Positions 1 through 11,359 of a stretch of 64,000 nucleotides of DNA are shown here, in pieces. Origin of the DNA: a candidate division FCPU426 bacterium. Its GTDB lineage: Bacteria; Oederibacteriota; Muellerivitia; Muellerivitales; Muellerivitaceae. The DNA lies in the NCBI GenBank assembly GCA_963847625.1, contig CAWKAR010000019.1:32001-96000 (forward strand). Reading direction: 5' to 3'. Under the pieces are notes generated by a model. That model saw nothing but the letters and a program-made list of their open reading frames with translations, did no database searches and was not told the DNA's origin. Both the position numbers and the translations under genes were made by a program. The first letter of the stretch is position 1. Each line of letters opens with the position of its first letter.

Positions 1-1741
1 GAATGTGTTCCAAATTCCCAGAAGCTACCACCTCTCCGCCTGCCAAACCGGCTCCCAAACCCATATCGATGAGATAATCAGCTGATTCAATGGTATCCTC
101 ATCGTGTTCAACCACAATCACTGAATTTCCGATGTCTTTTAAATGTCGTAATGCGGAAAGTAAACGCTCGTTATCCCTTTGATGGAGTCCGATGGAGGGT
201 TCGTCTAGGATATAAAGCACCCCCACAAGAGCGCTCCCAATTTGAGTGGCCAAATGGATTCTTTGGGCCTCCCCACCGGAAAGGGAGGAAGTCATCCTTT
301 CCAATGTCAGGTAATCCAAACCAACATTTTTCAAAAATCTTAATCGGGCAAGGATTTCCTTAAGAATTTGTCCGCCGACCATCCTGGATTTTTCGTCCAA
401 TTTCAATTTCTCAAAAAACTCCAGGCATTTTTTAACCGAAAATCGGGTGATCTCGATAATATTTTTATTTTGAATTGTGACAGCCAGGCTTTCCGGTTTT
501 AAACGAGTCCCCTGACAGGCGCGGCAGGGTTTACTGATTAAGTATTTTTCAATATCGTCTTGGATGGATTCAGAATCCGTTTCACGATACCGTCTTTCCA
601 AGCTCGGGATAACCCCCTCGAAAGTGCCCCAATATCTTTGACGGTAATTTCCTTTTTGTATTTTAAATTCTATTTCCTCTTCTGTACCATACAGGATAGC
701 TTCCTGTACTTTTCGTGTCATCTTTTTGAACGGGACTGTCATACTGACGCCAAAGTGATTGCAGACTCCTTCAAGAAGATTTTGGTAGTAAACCGCTTTG
801 GGTGAATGATAGGGATCCACAGCCCCTTCGTTGATGGACTTTTCCGGATCGATGACCAATGACTCATCCGCTTCCATTTTGAAACCCATCCCCGTGCAGG
901 CAGGACAGGCTCCATGGGGATTATTAAAGGAAAAATTTCTTGGAGCCGGTTCCTCAACGCTAAGACCACAATGGACACATGCGTAATGTTCGGAAAAAAG
1001 GTGTTCCTCTCTTTCGGAAGATGTTCCTTGAATGATCTTGACTACACCCCCTCCATACTTCAATGCCGTCTCAAGGGAATCAGCAAGTCGTTTTTTGACT
1101 TCGGGTTTCAATACCAAGCGATCAATGACTACTTCAATATCATGTTTTTTATTTTTTTCTAAAGGGATGTCTTCTTCCAGTTCAAAAATTCGACCGTCCA
1201 CGCGGACTCTGACAAAACCGTCTTTCCGGATTTGGTCAAAGTTCTTTTTGTATTCACCCTTCCGGCTTGAAACAATGGGAGCTAGGATGCTTAATTTAAC
1301 GCCTGGTGGAAGTGAAAATACTTGATCCACGATCTGTTGAACCGTCTGACGGCTGATCGGCCGTCCACAATGCGTGCAATGAGGAATACCAATACTGGCA
1401 AACAATAATCGAAGATAGTCATATATTTCCGTGGTCGTCCCGACAGTTGAACGTGGATTTTTACCTCCGGATTTTTGTTGGATAGCCACTGCGGGTGAAA
1501 GTCCTTCAATTAAATCCACATCCGGTTTTTCCATTATGCCCAGGAATTGCCTGGCGTAAGAGGATAGTGATTCGACATAACGTCTTTGGCCTTCAGCGTA
1601 AAGGGTATCGAAAGCCAGGGAAGATTTTCCGGAACCCGAAACCCCGGTTATGACCACCAATTCATCCCGGGGAATATCTACCGAAATGTTTTTAAGGTTA
1701 TGTTCTCTTGCGCCGCGAACAATGATTGTATTTTTTTTCAT
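1..1741 (-). CDS. uvrA: Excinuclease ABC subunit A, 5' part; continues beyond the window edge
   Basis: Manual translation from ATG at 1741 gives [24 protein letters not shown]...[31 protein letters not shown]...[16 protein letters not shown]...[16 protein letters not shown], open to position 2. It is absent from the ORF track only because its stop lies outside the window. Confidence 0.97.
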   Translation of the reverse strand, partial: MKKNTIIVRGAREHNLKNISVDIPRDELVVITGVSGSGKSSLAFDTLYAEGQRRYVESLSSYARQFLGIMEKPDVDLIEGLSPAVAIQQKSGGKNPRSTVGTTTEIYDYLRLLFASIGIPHCTHCGRPISRQTVQQIVDQVFSLPPGVKLSILAPIVSSRKGEYKKNFDQIRKDGFVRVRVDGRIFELEEDIPLEKNKKHDIEVVIDRLVLKPEVKKRLADSLETALKYGGGVVKIIQGTSSEREEHLFSEHYACVHCGLSVEEPAPRNFSFNNPHGACPACTGMGFKMEADESLVIDPEKSINEGAVDPYHSPKAVYYQNLLEGVCNHFGVSMTVPFKKMTRKVQEAILYGTEEEIEFKIQKGNYRQRYWGTFEGVIPSLERRYRETDSESIQDDIEKYLISKPCRACQGTRLKPESLAVTIQNKNIIEITRFSVKKCLEFFEKLKLDEKSRMVGGQILKEILARLRFLKNVGLDYLTLERMTSSLSGGEAQRIHLATQIGSALVGVLYILDEPSIGLHQRDNERLLSALRHLKDIGNSVIVVEHDEDTIESADYLIDMGLGAGLAGGEVVASGNLEHI

Positions 1742-1979
1742 GGATCATCCGAGAGCTGATTAAAAAGCAAAGGAATATTATGATCTTATCCCGGCCGTTT
1801 TTTCCACCCATCAGCATCTTTTTAAATACAATGGTCACTGAAAAGAAGAAAGGTTGCATTCCCGACTTCGTTTTTACACCCACAAAACCTTTGTTTTAAG
1901 CCTTTTCCTGGGGGGAAATTCTCATGCCAGCTGAATAATTTACCAAGTTTATTAAACTCTCGCCGAAAGGTTACAAGAA

Positions 1980-4079
1980 TTATTGGAATTGGCTTGCAGC
2001 TCCAGTTAAACCTTGATTCCGCATGCTGTTTATTTGTTGGATTTGTTGGGCTGAAACTGAAATGGGTCTTCCCGGGAAGGCTTTCAAGTTGAGGGTAAAA
2101 TACAATTGTTTTCCAGCATTGGGGTCCTCGGTATAGCTGAGTTGAGCCTCCCAATCATGCAAATCCCTATATATGCTTAAGGAGCGGGTTATGTATTTTG
2201 CATTGGTAAGGTCATAATTTTCTATCAATGCAAGCCGGTAGTTCGTGAAAAAAGCAAAATCCACTTCTCCACCGACTTGGAATGTTGGAAGAGCTCCGGA
2301 AGAAACATAACCGGTATTGCTAACGTTGGGATCCACGTAATTACCGTTAATTGTAAATCGCCACATATCACGGGGGCTCCTTAAGTTCAATACCGAGTTC
2401 ACGTCTTTCACAGCGTTGTCACGAACTGAATAATCCATAATGGCGAGATAATCGTAAAGTGTTGAAGGGGTTAAATAGATTTCCTGGCGCAGATAAGAAA
2501 GGCGGGAGGCTTCGGTAGCCACCTGGATGTTAAAATCATAGGACGAACTAGAGCGTATGCGAAACAGGCTTCCACCAGTAAATTCCAATGAACCCGTCAA
2601 GAGATTGGATGTGATCCCATGGGGCGGGTCGGTTGAACGCACATTATCGAGTTTCTGCGCAAAGGTATACCCTAAAGTTGAGGTGGCATATTCCGTCCAC
2701 CTTCCCGTCCATGTATTAGTAGCGTTTACTGTATGAGTTTCGCCCGAATTGGTTCCTGACACATCGGGCCGATCCTGGAAATTTTCATTCATCGCCACTC
2801 GTGAGAATAGGGTTTGGGTTTTATATAGTTGGACGCTTTGCCCCACGCCCAACTCTCCTGTCAAGTGGTCCACATAATAACCATCATTTAATGTATAGGT
2901 ATGGTCCCCCGCCAAGCTCAAATCCCATTTCAACCAATTACTCCCGATCAGGCGCTGTGGAAAAAGATTAAAATTGAATTGCGGAAGATTCTGCAGACTA
3001 CGAGTAAAATTGGTTTCGTTGGGGTCGTTAATCGTAAAATCGGGGTTTTCCTGGCGTCTGATCAGAAAACTAAACGTGTATTGGAGGCGGGTTAAAGTCG
3101 CCGAAAGGTCATATTCACGATACGTTGAAACCAAGCTCGGATCCCGCCGGGCAACTGAATAATCTTCGCTGAACAGCCCATCCTCCGGGTAGTCCACTTC
3201 CAACCGGCCTTGAAAGTTGGAAGAAAATGCCCATAGTCCCCTGGCCCTTGATTCCCAACGGAATCGGTGTGTGTCTTTTTCCTCTATTCCATATCCGTAA
3301 AGCGACAAGGCGGAATAATCATTTAAACCCAGTTCATGTCTTACGCCCAAGCCGAGTCCTTTTTTAAAAAAATAATCCGCATAGAGGGCGCCATAGCTGG
3401 TTGGATTAAAAAGATAACTTGCCGTATAAAGAAGGTAATTACCGAGGTAGTCCGTTTGACCAGTAGAAATGGAAAAAGGGGTCTTCAAATCATGGATGGT
3501 TCTCACAAAAAACGGAAAATAAAAAACGGGTACTTTCCCGATATAAAGCACCACATTTTCCGCCACTAAATAATCACCCGAATATATGGTGATCTTTCCC
3601 GCTTTCATGTAAAAGTGTTGATAACCTTCCGGGTAATCACAAGTGGTGGTCACCGCATCCTTGATAATTATTTTTTGGTCCTTAATATCGATTTCCGATC
3701 CTGTGCTGATCCAAGGTGGTGAAGTGGTTTTAATGTTAAAGGCCTTTCCTTCCTTGGTCTTCAGGTTGTAACTTAAACTTTTGGCCTCGATTTCATCGCT
3801 TACATTCTGCCAAACTACATGACCCGTAGCTTCCACCTCTTGTGCGGTCACGTCATAACGAATACTGTCAGCATATAAATTTACAGTGTCCTGCTGGATA
3901 TGGACCTGTCCTTTTGCCATAACGATATTCTGATCCCTCAGATACTCAATAGTATCCGCTTGCAAACGCACTTGGCCATTGAGGGAAAAAGTTAATTCAG
4001 CGTTAAGAACATAAGGATAGGTTATCCAAACCCATAATAATAAACCCGACCTGAAAAATATTTTTTTAAGGAAATTCAT
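1980..4079 (-). CDS. lptD: LPS-assembly outer membrane protein, LptD/OstA-like
   Basis: OstA-like N-terminus (LQADTIEY...AKGQVHI...LYADSIRYD), TTCD motif, GKVPVFYFPF, then amphipathic beta-strands. Likely ATG at 4079 overlaps the upstream TGA (ATGA). Confidence 0.8.
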   Translation of the reverse strand: MNFLKKIFFRSGLLLWVWITYPYVLNAELTFSLNGQVRLQADTIEYLRDQNIVMAKGQVHIQQDTVNLYADSIRYDVTAQEVEATGHVVWQNVSDEIEAKSLSYNLKTKEGKAFNIKTTSPPWISTGSEIDIKDQKIIIKDAVTTTCDYPEGYQHFYMKAGKITIYSGDYLVAENVVLYIGKVPVFYFPFFVRTIHDLKTPFSISTGQTDYLGNYLLYTASYLFNPTSYGALYADYFFKKGLGLGVRHELGLNDYSALSLYGYGIEEKDTHRFRWESRARGLWAFSSNFQGRLEVDYPEDGLFSEDYSVARRDPSLVSTYREYDLSATLTRLQYTFSFLIRRQENPDFTINDPNETNFTRSLQNLPQFNFNLFPQRLIGSNWLKWDLSLAGDHTYTLNDGYYVDHLTGELGVGQSVQLYKTQTLFSRVAMNENFQDRPDVSGTNSGETHTVNATNTWTGRWTEYATSTLGYTFAQKLDNVRSTDPPHGITSNLLTGSLEFTGGSLFRIRSSSSYDFNIQVATEASRLSYLRQEIYLTPSTLYDYLAIMDYSVRDNAVKDVNSVLNLRSPRDMWRFTINGNYVDPNVSNTGYVSSGALPTFQVGGEVDFAFFTNYRLALIENYDLTNAKYITRSLSIYRDLHDWEAQLSYTEDPNAGKQLYFTLNLKAFPGRPISVSAQQIQQINSMRNQGLTGAASQFQ

Positions 4080-5269
4080 TTGTTTGGAATAAATCCCTTG
4101 GGAATGGAGTCGTTTCTGTTTAGACGTAGGGTAATCCGTAACCAGTTCCAAAAATCATGTTTATGGTTCAACCAATAAGCCATCCCGAAACCGACCAAGA
4201 TTAAGAAAAAATTAGGCATCCACATAGCCATAAAGGGGGAAATGATACCCATAGGCCCCCCGGTATCTCCATAAATAATGAAACAGTCATAAAGCGCTGC
4301 CAACAAAACCGCCAAAACAGGCCCAAGAAATGACCCGGCCCTGGTCATGAGTCCCAAAGGTATTCCGATAAACGCAAACGCTAGTGTCGAAAAGGGCAGG
4401 GAAAATTTTTTATGAAATTCCGTTTCATCGTACCGTGTGTCTTGTTTATCCTTTTTTTCTTGTTTTATTTTAATGGCTAATTCCTTTAAGGAAATATTAC
4501 GAGAATTACTTAAATCCATGGGCCCTGGATTAATTTTCTTAGAGCTCAAATCTAAAGAGCAGTTATTAAATTCCAATTGAAACAAATTGTTTAAGGTCAG
4601 GTCCCGTTTGGTGCCCAATTGCTGAATAATTCCGTTCTGGAGTTCCAATATGACATGGTAATTTTGAGGATCTTGCCTGAGAAAACCTTGTTTTCCAAGG
4701 ATCAAACGGTAAGGATAGCCTTTTTCATCCATTATATAGACGATGATGTTTTTTAAAATATCATGGGAAGTATCCTTTTGGTCCACGAATAGAATATAAC
4801 CGTCAAAATCTTTTATAAAAACCCTCTCCCGAACCAATATAGATGATCTTTCCGTGAGAATCTTAGCTTGAAGTTTCACGAAAGAAATGTTTCCCCAAGG
4901 CAAAACGGTATCCATAAAAACCACCATAAAAAAACTCATGAGAAAAGATAAGACAATTATGGGCCAAATCACAATCCACAGGGAAAATCCGCAAGATTCG
5001 ATCGCCAATGATTCCCTATCTGCACTTAATCGTCCATAAACAACCAAAAGTGCCGTTAAAAAACCAATAGGAATGGCAAGAACCAGAAAACTAGGTTGTA
5101 TGTAAATAAGAAGTAAAAAAGAATTCAAAATCCCAGCATGGTAAATCAGTAGATAACCTAAAAATTCCCTTAAATAATAAAGCAGGTTAAATATGAAAAG
5201 TGCGCATCCTGTCGAAAGGAAAAAAGGAGGCCCAAGAGACCCTAAACAGTATCGAAGTAATATAGGCAC
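4076..5269 (-). CDS. LptF/LptG (YjgP/YjgQ) family LPS export permease
   Basis: YGRLSADRE and EFHKKFSLPFSTLAFAFIGIPLG motifs; 3+3 TM layout with periplasmic domain; coupled to the lptD-like gene. Confidence 0.9.
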   Translation of the reverse strand: MPILLRYCLGSLGPPFFLSTGCALFIFNLLYYLREFLGYLLIYHAGILNSFLLLIYIQPSFLVLAIPIGFLTALLVVYGRLSADRESLAIESCGFSLWIVIWPIIVLSFLMSFFMVVFMDTVLPWGNISFVKLQAKILTERSSILVRERVFIKDFDGYILFVDQKDTSHDILKNIIVYIMDEKGYPYRLILGKQGFLRQDPQNYHVILELQNGIIQQLGTKRDLTLNNLFQLEFNNCSLDLSSKKINPGPMDLSNSRNISLKELAIKIKQEKKDKQDTRYDETEFHKKFSLPFSTLAFAFIGIPLGLMTRAGSFLGPVLAVLLAALYDCFIIYGDTGGPMGIISPFMAMWMPNFFLILVGFGMAYWLNHKHDFWNWLRITLRLNRNDSIPKGFIPNK

Positions 5270-5459
5270 TGAACCTGTCCTTAAGGGTTAATAAAACTAA
5301 ACTGGGGGGAAATGGTTTGGATTCAACCAATCCTCCAAGATTGAACGGATTATTATAACCTAACCCTTTGTCAGAGTTGGATTAGCCTTCCATTTGAGGC
5401 AATTTTTGGGGGTGAGTTTCAAGGAATAATTTTAGGGAGCTGAAACAGAATTGAGTATG

Positions 5460-6899
5460 TTATTTACTTCCCGTGGCAGGAAGGGCTGGTAAATCCAAAT
5501 CTGAGGAACCAGTAACAGCTGAAGATCCATTATTGGGAATAGAAGGTGGATTCATCTCCTCCAATGGAGGAATCCCTTGGGAAGAGGTTGAGTTTAAAGG
5601 TGGCAATAAAGGAGTGTTGTTGTCCGAAGGCAAAACAACGTTGTTATTTTTGGAAATCGGCTGCGCTGGCAAAGGCGTGTTTGATTGGGGCAATGGAATG
5701 TTGGAAGGTTGAGAATTATTAGAACCAGTCGAGTTATTGGTTGAATTCGGCAATTCAGGGAGAAGAAGGGGAGTTGAATTGGGTGGTACGTTGTTTGCCG
5801 TCCCCGGAAGGGGTGGAATATTATTATCATTTCCTTGCGGTAAGGGCTCTCCCACAGGTGAAGAAACTTTTTCAGTTGGCAGGGGAGGAATATCAAGTGA
5901 ACTGCCTTTCGCGGATGAAGTGTTGTTTTGTTCGGGCAGGGGAGGAATTCCTCCGTTATTTTCGTTCGTCGTAGTCGGCAGAGCCGGAATTTCATCGCCA
6001 TTTGATGGTGGAGGTCCGACAGGTTGTAATCCTGAATTATTACTTTCAGGAAAAGCTGGAAGTCCTTGGTTGTTTTCAGTTGAAGAATTAAGGGTAGGAA
6101 ATTCATTATTGCCAGCTGACGCGGGGCCAACAGGTTGCAACGATGAACTATTATCCATAGGAAGAGGCGGCAACCCGCTGTTGTTGGAGCCATTTTCCAA
6201 AGGAACCGGATTGCCGGTTGAGGCGACTCCGTTTTCAGGCAATGCCGGCAACTCGTTGGCGGATACGGTTGAGCTTGTCCCGGGCAAGGGAGGAAGATTA
6301 TTAGATGAAGCAGCAGTGGTATTACCAGGCAAGGGAGGCATGGAAGAAGGACTTACCATTGAAGCTGGCGCTGAAGTGGCAATAGCGGGAGGTGCAGGCT
6401 TCTTTTTCGCAGCAAAGTTTTTATGAAAACGCGCCATATCAGGTTCAAATAAAAGATTAGCCGGAAGGCTTCTTTTTATTTCATCCGTAACTTTTTCCGC
6501 AATCAAGTTATCAGAAGGATCTACGGTTAACTCCATAAATTCAAAAGTTGAAGTGTAACGCTGAACTTCACTCACTTTCATAAAACCAATAGGATCTCCC
6601 TTGGGAGTAAAGAGGGCAAAGACATCGCCCTTATTGACGCCGGCCAAGCTACCTTTGTCGATATAGTTCCCACTATATTGTTTTCCGGGAGTGCCTCTCA
6701 GGGCGATTACTTGCGCCCCAAGAAAAGGACGATTGAGATGGTGACTAAACAGATTTCGTAATAATTTTTTAGTTTTTTGTGAATAGGGTAAATCTCCACC
6801 AGTGGAAGGCCCAAGCCCGTATATGGCATCTGAAACCGATGGATATAAACTGATTCCGAAAAACAAAACCAGAAACCAAGGGAGTGAACGGAATTTCAT
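5460..6899 (-). CDS. Exported protein with a small beta-domain (FlgT C-terminal-like) and a long Pro/Ser/Asn-rich tail with repeated PPLP/PALP motifs
   Basis: Signal peptide MKFRSLPWFLVLFFGISLYPSVSDA; IDKGSLAGVNKGDVFALF motif; low-complexity C-terminal 300 aa. Confidence 0.7.
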   Translation of the reverse strand: MKFRSLPWFLVLFFGISLYPSVSDAIYGLGPSTGGDLPYSQKTKKLLRNLFSHHLNRPFLGAQVIALRGTPGKQYSGNYIDKGSLAGVNKGDVFALFTPKGDPIGFMKVSEVQRYTSTFEFMELTVDPSDNLIAEKVTDEIKRSLPANLLFEPDMARFHKNFAAKKKPAPPAIATSAPASMVSPSSMPPLPGNTTAASSNNLPPLPGTSSTVSANELPALPENGVASTGNPVPLENGSNNSGLPPLPMDNSSSLQPVGPASAGNNEFPTLNSSTENNQGLPAFPESNNSGLQPVGPPPSNGDEIPALPTTTNENNGGIPPLPEQNNTSSAKGSSLDIPPLPTEKVSSPVGEPLPQGNDNNIPPLPGTANNVPPNSTPLLLPELPNSTNNSTGSNNSQPSNIPLPQSNTPLPAQPISKNNNVVLPSDNNTPLLPPLNSTSSQGIPPLEEMNPPSIPNNGSSAVTGSSDLDLPALPATGSK

Positions 6900-6966
6900 G
6901 AAGACCTCGGAAAAGGTTAGATTAAATTCTGAAAACTCAACATGCTTATAATAATCAAAAAACAAA

Positions 6967-7003
6967 AAAAGAGGGGATTTTTTTATGAAAAATCCCCTCT
7001 TTT
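6967..7003. terminator. Rho-independent terminator after the PorV-like gene
   Basis: Inverted repeat AAAAGAGGGGATTTTT / AAAAATCCCCTCTTTT with A/T tracts on both sides. Confidence 0.8.
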
Positions 7004-7024
7004 GCTTAACGGTTTTAATAAACT

Positions 7025-8023
7025 TTACAGGCGGGTGATAAGGGAAATGTAGTTAAGACTGCCTATTGAATTACTCACAAAAGCATAATCTACTTCGAAC
7101 AGATAAGCCCAAATGCCAACTCCTGCGGAAGGGGTAAAGGAATCATTGTCAAACTGTAATCCTTTTGTTTCAAACCCTCCCCGAATAGCCACAAATTGGC
7201 GATACCAGTATTCCACGCCAAAATGGTAATTATTAAGAGCTGGGGTGCCCTTCGGTGCGCTGCCCGGAACAAACATGTAAAGTGAATCGACATCCAAGTC
7301 CACAGACAAAGTACTCATCGGGACTGCTGTATTGTTTGATTGTTGGCGTTTGCCTAATTCTTGGATATAGGAAAGGCCCAAAGTCAAGGAAGGTTGCAAA
7401 ACCTGAGTGGGATTCGTAGTGGTTCCCTGCCAAGTAACATAAGACCCACCTGTTATATCCCGCCCTACTAAAGCAATGGTAAATTCTTTTACGGGTTTGT
7501 ACATTAATCCCAAGTCGGATCCTATACCGAAAGCGGAAGCTGTATAGGCATCCGTTTTCAAAAATTTAATGGTTCCACCTAAAACAAACTGTTTGCCGAT
7601 CTTCCAACCCCCGGATAAAAAACCGAACTGGTCAACGTAAGAAGTGGTTCCCGTGATATCCCCTTGGCCGTTCGTAATATCAATCTTATCCACACCCAAC
7701 CTTCCATAACTGAGGGCGTAAGAACCTGCTGATTGGGTTTTAAAAGCCAAATTGATGAAATCATAACTTTGAAGATTATTTTCCGGGGAATGCATCGTGG
7801 TTATTTCAATATCATCAATCAGTGCCAACCCTGACGGATTATAAAAAGCGGCTGTCGCATCGTTGGCTATAGCAGCAAATGCTCCACCCATTGCCAGAGG
7901 CCTTGCGCCAGCACCCTTGGTTAATACTTCAGCAGTGTAATTAACCGAATCTGCAAGGACGCCCAGAGGGACTAAAAACATCAAAAATAAAAAAAAGAAA
8001 ACCACATTAAGTTTTGAAATCAC
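7025..8023 (-). CDS. PorV/PorQ (UPF0164, FadL-like) outer membrane beta-barrel
   Basis: Signal peptide followed by GAGARPLAMGGAFAAIANDATAAFYNPSGLA; GVEYWY...AIRGG and VDYAF strands near the C-terminus. Confidence 0.85.
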   Translation of the reverse strand: MISKLNVVFFFLFLMFLVPLGVLADSVNYTAEVLTKGAGARPLAMGGAFAAIANDATAAFYNPSGLALIDDIEITTMHSPENNLQSYDFINLAFKTQSAGSYALSYGRLGVDKIDITNGQGDITGTTSYVDQFGFLSGGWKIGKQFVLGGTIKFLKTDAYTASAFGIGSDLGLMYKPVKEFTIALVGRDITGGSYVTWQGTTTNPTQVLQPSLTLGLSYIQELGKRQQSNNTAVPMSTLSVDLDVDSLYMFVPGSAPKGTPALNNYHFGVEYWYRQFVAIRGGFETKGLQFDNDSFTPSAGVGIWAYLFEVDYAFVSNSIGSLNYISLITRL

Positions 8024-8688
8024 AGCTTTTCTCCTCTCACAAATACAAATTATTGGGACATCGCTAGCGAAAGTTTAACAATCCAAAATGAAAATTTCAA
8101 CTTTAATAGCTTCCAAAACTTTTTAAAACCTCTTGATAACTTTACGATTTGCCGTTAAATAAAAAAACCTCATTAGCCGGCAAAATTTTTTAAAAAAACT
8201 AAACCCGTTTCTCAATTATCTAGTCAGGCATATCTTAGGTGCATTCTATTCCATCCGTCTTAAATATATTGCCAAAAGGCCTATTTCGGGCCCTAGCCAG
8301 CCTGTTTTTACCCCCAAAATCGCCTACCAGTTTAACCGACCATGTCTCATGTGCCGCATCAAGATCCAGTATCCGACCCACTGTTTTTAAGAAACTCACT
8401 AGCGCCAGTATCATTGGGCTCAGTGGTGGTTGATCATCCTTGATACTTCTAAAAATAGCGTAGCTAACCATCCCTTTCCCCAAAAATTTCTCGGTGATTT
8501 TCGCGATATAAGCCCATCTGAGAAAAATGACTTTCCCTATTTTCACTACCAGATCCATTTCGGAAATCGGGTGAGAAACGTGGAGTTTTATCAAAAAATG
8601 TCGCCATTTTAAAAAAACCCGATTCAAGGATTTTTTCAGCAGTTTCGAATGACTATGTTCTCTATGCGGTTTATGATCGGTCGATTTG

Positions 8689-8718
8689 TTGACAAAAGGT
8701 TTGCCCGGTAGGTATAGT
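8689..8718 (+). promoter_or_regulatory. Putative sigma70 promoter upstream of the 8972 gene
   Basis: TTGACA (8689-8694), 18 bp spacer, TATAGT (8713-8718). Confidence 0.5.
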
Positions 8719-8971
8719 TACCTTCGTGTTTTAAACATTTTTAATAATTTCTGGATTATTTATAATTTCTTAAAAACTTATCAATTGCAATGAATTGAGC
8801 CTTTCGTTAATAACTATTTTTCCATGCCCTTATAAACTTTTGTTTTTCGCAAGAATTCAAGTGGTGTATTTTTTATGTACAAATATTGAGAATATAATTT
8901 TGAAAATGTTTTTAGCTTCCGAATGGCGTAGATTTAATCACGAAATTACCTTTTTACTGAAGGAGCGTTGA

Positions 8972-11359
8972 ATGTCTGAATCAAAGATATGCAGTAAATG
9001 TGGATTCAAAAATACTTCTTCTAATAATTTTTGCGAACAATGCGGCGTTAAACTCTCAAGTCCTGGGGAAATATCTGCAGTCCAAGAAAAAAGCCAAAAA
9101 GTTAATGCTACACCTTCAAAAGCAAGTAAAACTTCAACTGTGATTGAAACCAAAACTGATGATAAGTTGATTGTTTCTAACCAATTGGCTTCAGGTTTTT
9201 CCATATCCTGGCTGCAAATTTTATATGCCATCTTGCTTTTAATTACAGTTTTTACGCGATTTGATCACCTTGGTTTAAAACCCCACCACCACGATGAAAG
9301 CATGCATTCGTTTTACTCATATCAGTTATTTAAAGACGGGGATTACGAATATAACCCCATGATGCATGGTCCGTTTCAATTCCACGGAAATGCTTTTATG
9401 TATTATCTGTTCGGTGTTTCCGACGCCACTTCCCGTTACTTAGCAGCTTTTTTTGGATTGATGACGGTCATTCTCGCAATGTTTCTCGGTCCATTCCTGG
9501 GAAGGACGGCAACCTTCATTGCTACGGCGATGATTGTTTTTTCACCCAGCTTTATGTACTTCGATCGATTTTGCCGGGAAGATGCATATATTGCCGGGGG
9601 CACCTTCGCAATGGTGGTTTTTCTTTTCCGGTATTATCGTTTCCGAAAACCCCTTGACCTTTGGTTGGCTTCCCTGGGTTTCATTGTGGCCTTTAGTACG
9701 AAAGAGTCCATGTTTATAACCATTGCCGTTATCGGGACCTACCTTTTTATTCGCTTGCTTCCATGGATAGATGTATTAATTGCTGGAGGAATAACCGCAT
9801 TAGGAGTTTTATCTCAAATTGTCATTCTCAAAGTGGATGCCCAAATGCCCCAGCAACAACGATTGTTATTTTTGCTATTTCCGGCGATGCTTGCGTTCTT
9901 ATTCACCCTCTACCAGCTATTTAACCGTTGGAAAATTAACCAAAAACAAACACCGGAAAGTAAACTTTGGGCGATCATTCGCGGACTTGAATTTGAAAAA
10001 GTAAAATTCGACCTATTGTATCTTTTGGTTTGGTGGGTTATTTGTCTAATCATTCTAAAAGCATCTTTCCTTCGCTTGAATCAACCAACCCTCTTTTCAT
10101 TTATCATGCTAATCGCATATTTTTTAATATTGTTTCGCTTTTGTTGGTTATGGCTAAAAAATATTGCTCCAGCCCTAACAGGTTCAATTTCCATTGTCAG
10201 TATTGTCTTTACCCTTCTATTTACTACTTTTTTTACAGTCGGAGCTAACGAACCTGACTTTTTAAGCAGAATTCACCACCTTTTAAACGATCTATATCAA
10301 GGTGCTTTTGGAGGATTGGAATATTGGTGGGGTCAGCATGATGTACACCGGGGAGATGAACCTGGTTATTATTATTTTCTACAACTTCCAGCCAATGAAA
10401 CAGTTTCTTTCCTATTTTCAATCGTGGCTATGATTTATTACGGAATATTCAAAAACAAGAATATGCCCCTCTTTTTAAGTTATTGGTACGTTGGTTCCCT
10501 GGGGCTCTTTTCCTGGGCCGGAGAAAAAATGCCATGGTTGATTCTCCATCCATTACTTCCTTCATTATTATTAACCGCTTTCTTTGTCGGGGAAATATGG
10601 GATTCCAAACCATTGGAACAGGCCTGGCGTACCGCTCGGTCGGCTGCACTTTTGGTTTTCGCCTTGTTGCTTTCATATTCCCTCCATTCGGCTGTTCTTT
10701 TGAGTTTCTATCATGAAAGCAACCCAGTAGAGCCCTTGGTTTATGTTCAATCCGGCCCAGACTGCAAGGACGTGGAGAGGATTATACGGGATATATCCTA
10801 TGGAGAAACCGGTGGCCCAGACTTAGCCTTGACCATAGAGGACAAATGTTCCTGGCCTTTCGCTTGGCAACTTAGAGATTTCTCCAAGCGCAACCACCCT
10901 TCTACTATCACCATGGCGGATAATCCTATCGTACTGACTGGCACGGAGTCAGATGCCCAAGCCTACCCAATTTTAAGCCAAGCTGGCTATGTGAACCGAA
11001 AATACAAACTCCGGATTTGGTGGGTTCCCTCATGGTTCAAAAAAGGGTTCCCCGGCACCGAGATGAATTCAAGTCTATTTAGGGAATGGTTTTTCAGTAA
11101 TTTTATCCCATTGCCCTGGTACAGTCCTCGTCCGGATATGGTGGATTGGAGCGATTTGAAAAAATGGATTCTTTACAGGGAAGTTTGGTCGGACATGGGG
11201 AGTTATAACATGAGAATGTGGGTGCGGTCAGATCTGGCGCAAAAATATGGGTTTACAGATACTAATCGGTCCGATATTCCAACTGATTATCCTAAAGCTG
11301 AACCAACACCCGTTCCCGCGCCTACGAATCCTGCCTCAAATCACCATCACGGTCATTGA
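8972..11359 (+). CDS. TIGR03663/Agl23-like GT-C (PMT-like) multi-pass membrane protein with N-terminal zinc ribbon
   Basis: CSKC...CEQC ribbon; HHDESMH, YNPMMHGPFQFH and EKMPWL motifs; many TM helices. Confidence 0.8.
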   Translation: MSESKICSKCGFKNTSSNNFCEQCGVKLSSPGEISAVQEKSQKVNATPSKASKTSTVIETKTDDKLIVSNQLASGFSISWLQILYAILLLITVFTRFDHLGLKPHHHDESMHSFYSYQLFKDGDYEYNPMMHGPFQFHGNAFMYYLFGVSDATSRYLAAFFGLMTVILAMFLGPFLGRTATFIATAMIVFSPSFMYFDRFCREDAYIAGGTFAMVVFLFRYYRFRKPLDLWLASLGFIVAFSTKESMFITIAVIGTYLFIRLLPWIDVLIAGGITALGVLSQIVILKVDAQMPQQQRLLFLLFPAMLAFLFTLYQLFNRWKINQKQTPESKLWAIIRGLEFEKVKFDLLYLLVWWVICLIILKASFLRLNQPTLFSFIMLIAYFLILFRFCWLWLKNIAPALTGSISIVSIVFTLLFTTFFTVGANEPDFLSRIHHLLNDLYQGAFGGLEYWWGQHDVHRGDEPGYYYFLQLPANETVSFLFSIVAMIYYGIFKNKNMPLFLSYWYVGSLGLFSWAGEKMPWLILHPLLPSLLLTAFFVGEIWDSKPLEQAWRTARSAALLVFALLLSYSLHSAVLLSFYHESNPVEPLVYVQSGPDCKDVERIIRDISYGETGGPDLALTIEDKCSWPFAWQLRDFSKRNHPSTITMADNPIVLTGTESDAQAYPILSQAGYVNRKYKLRIWWVPSWFKKGFPGTEMNSSLFREWFFSNFIPLPWYSPRPDMVDWSDLKKWILYREVWSDMGSYNMRMWVRSDLAQKYGFTDTNRSDIPTDYPKAEPTPVPAPTNPASNHHHGH

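Noticed and set aside
1..1741. Apparent gene-poor or pseudogene region with only short ORFs in the track
   Set aside because: It is an open uvrA frame that runs off the window edge.
8235..8627. 130-aa ORF in the porV-like / GT-C intergenic region
   Set aside because: Non-ATG start, no RBS or motif, and competing short ORFs on the other strand.
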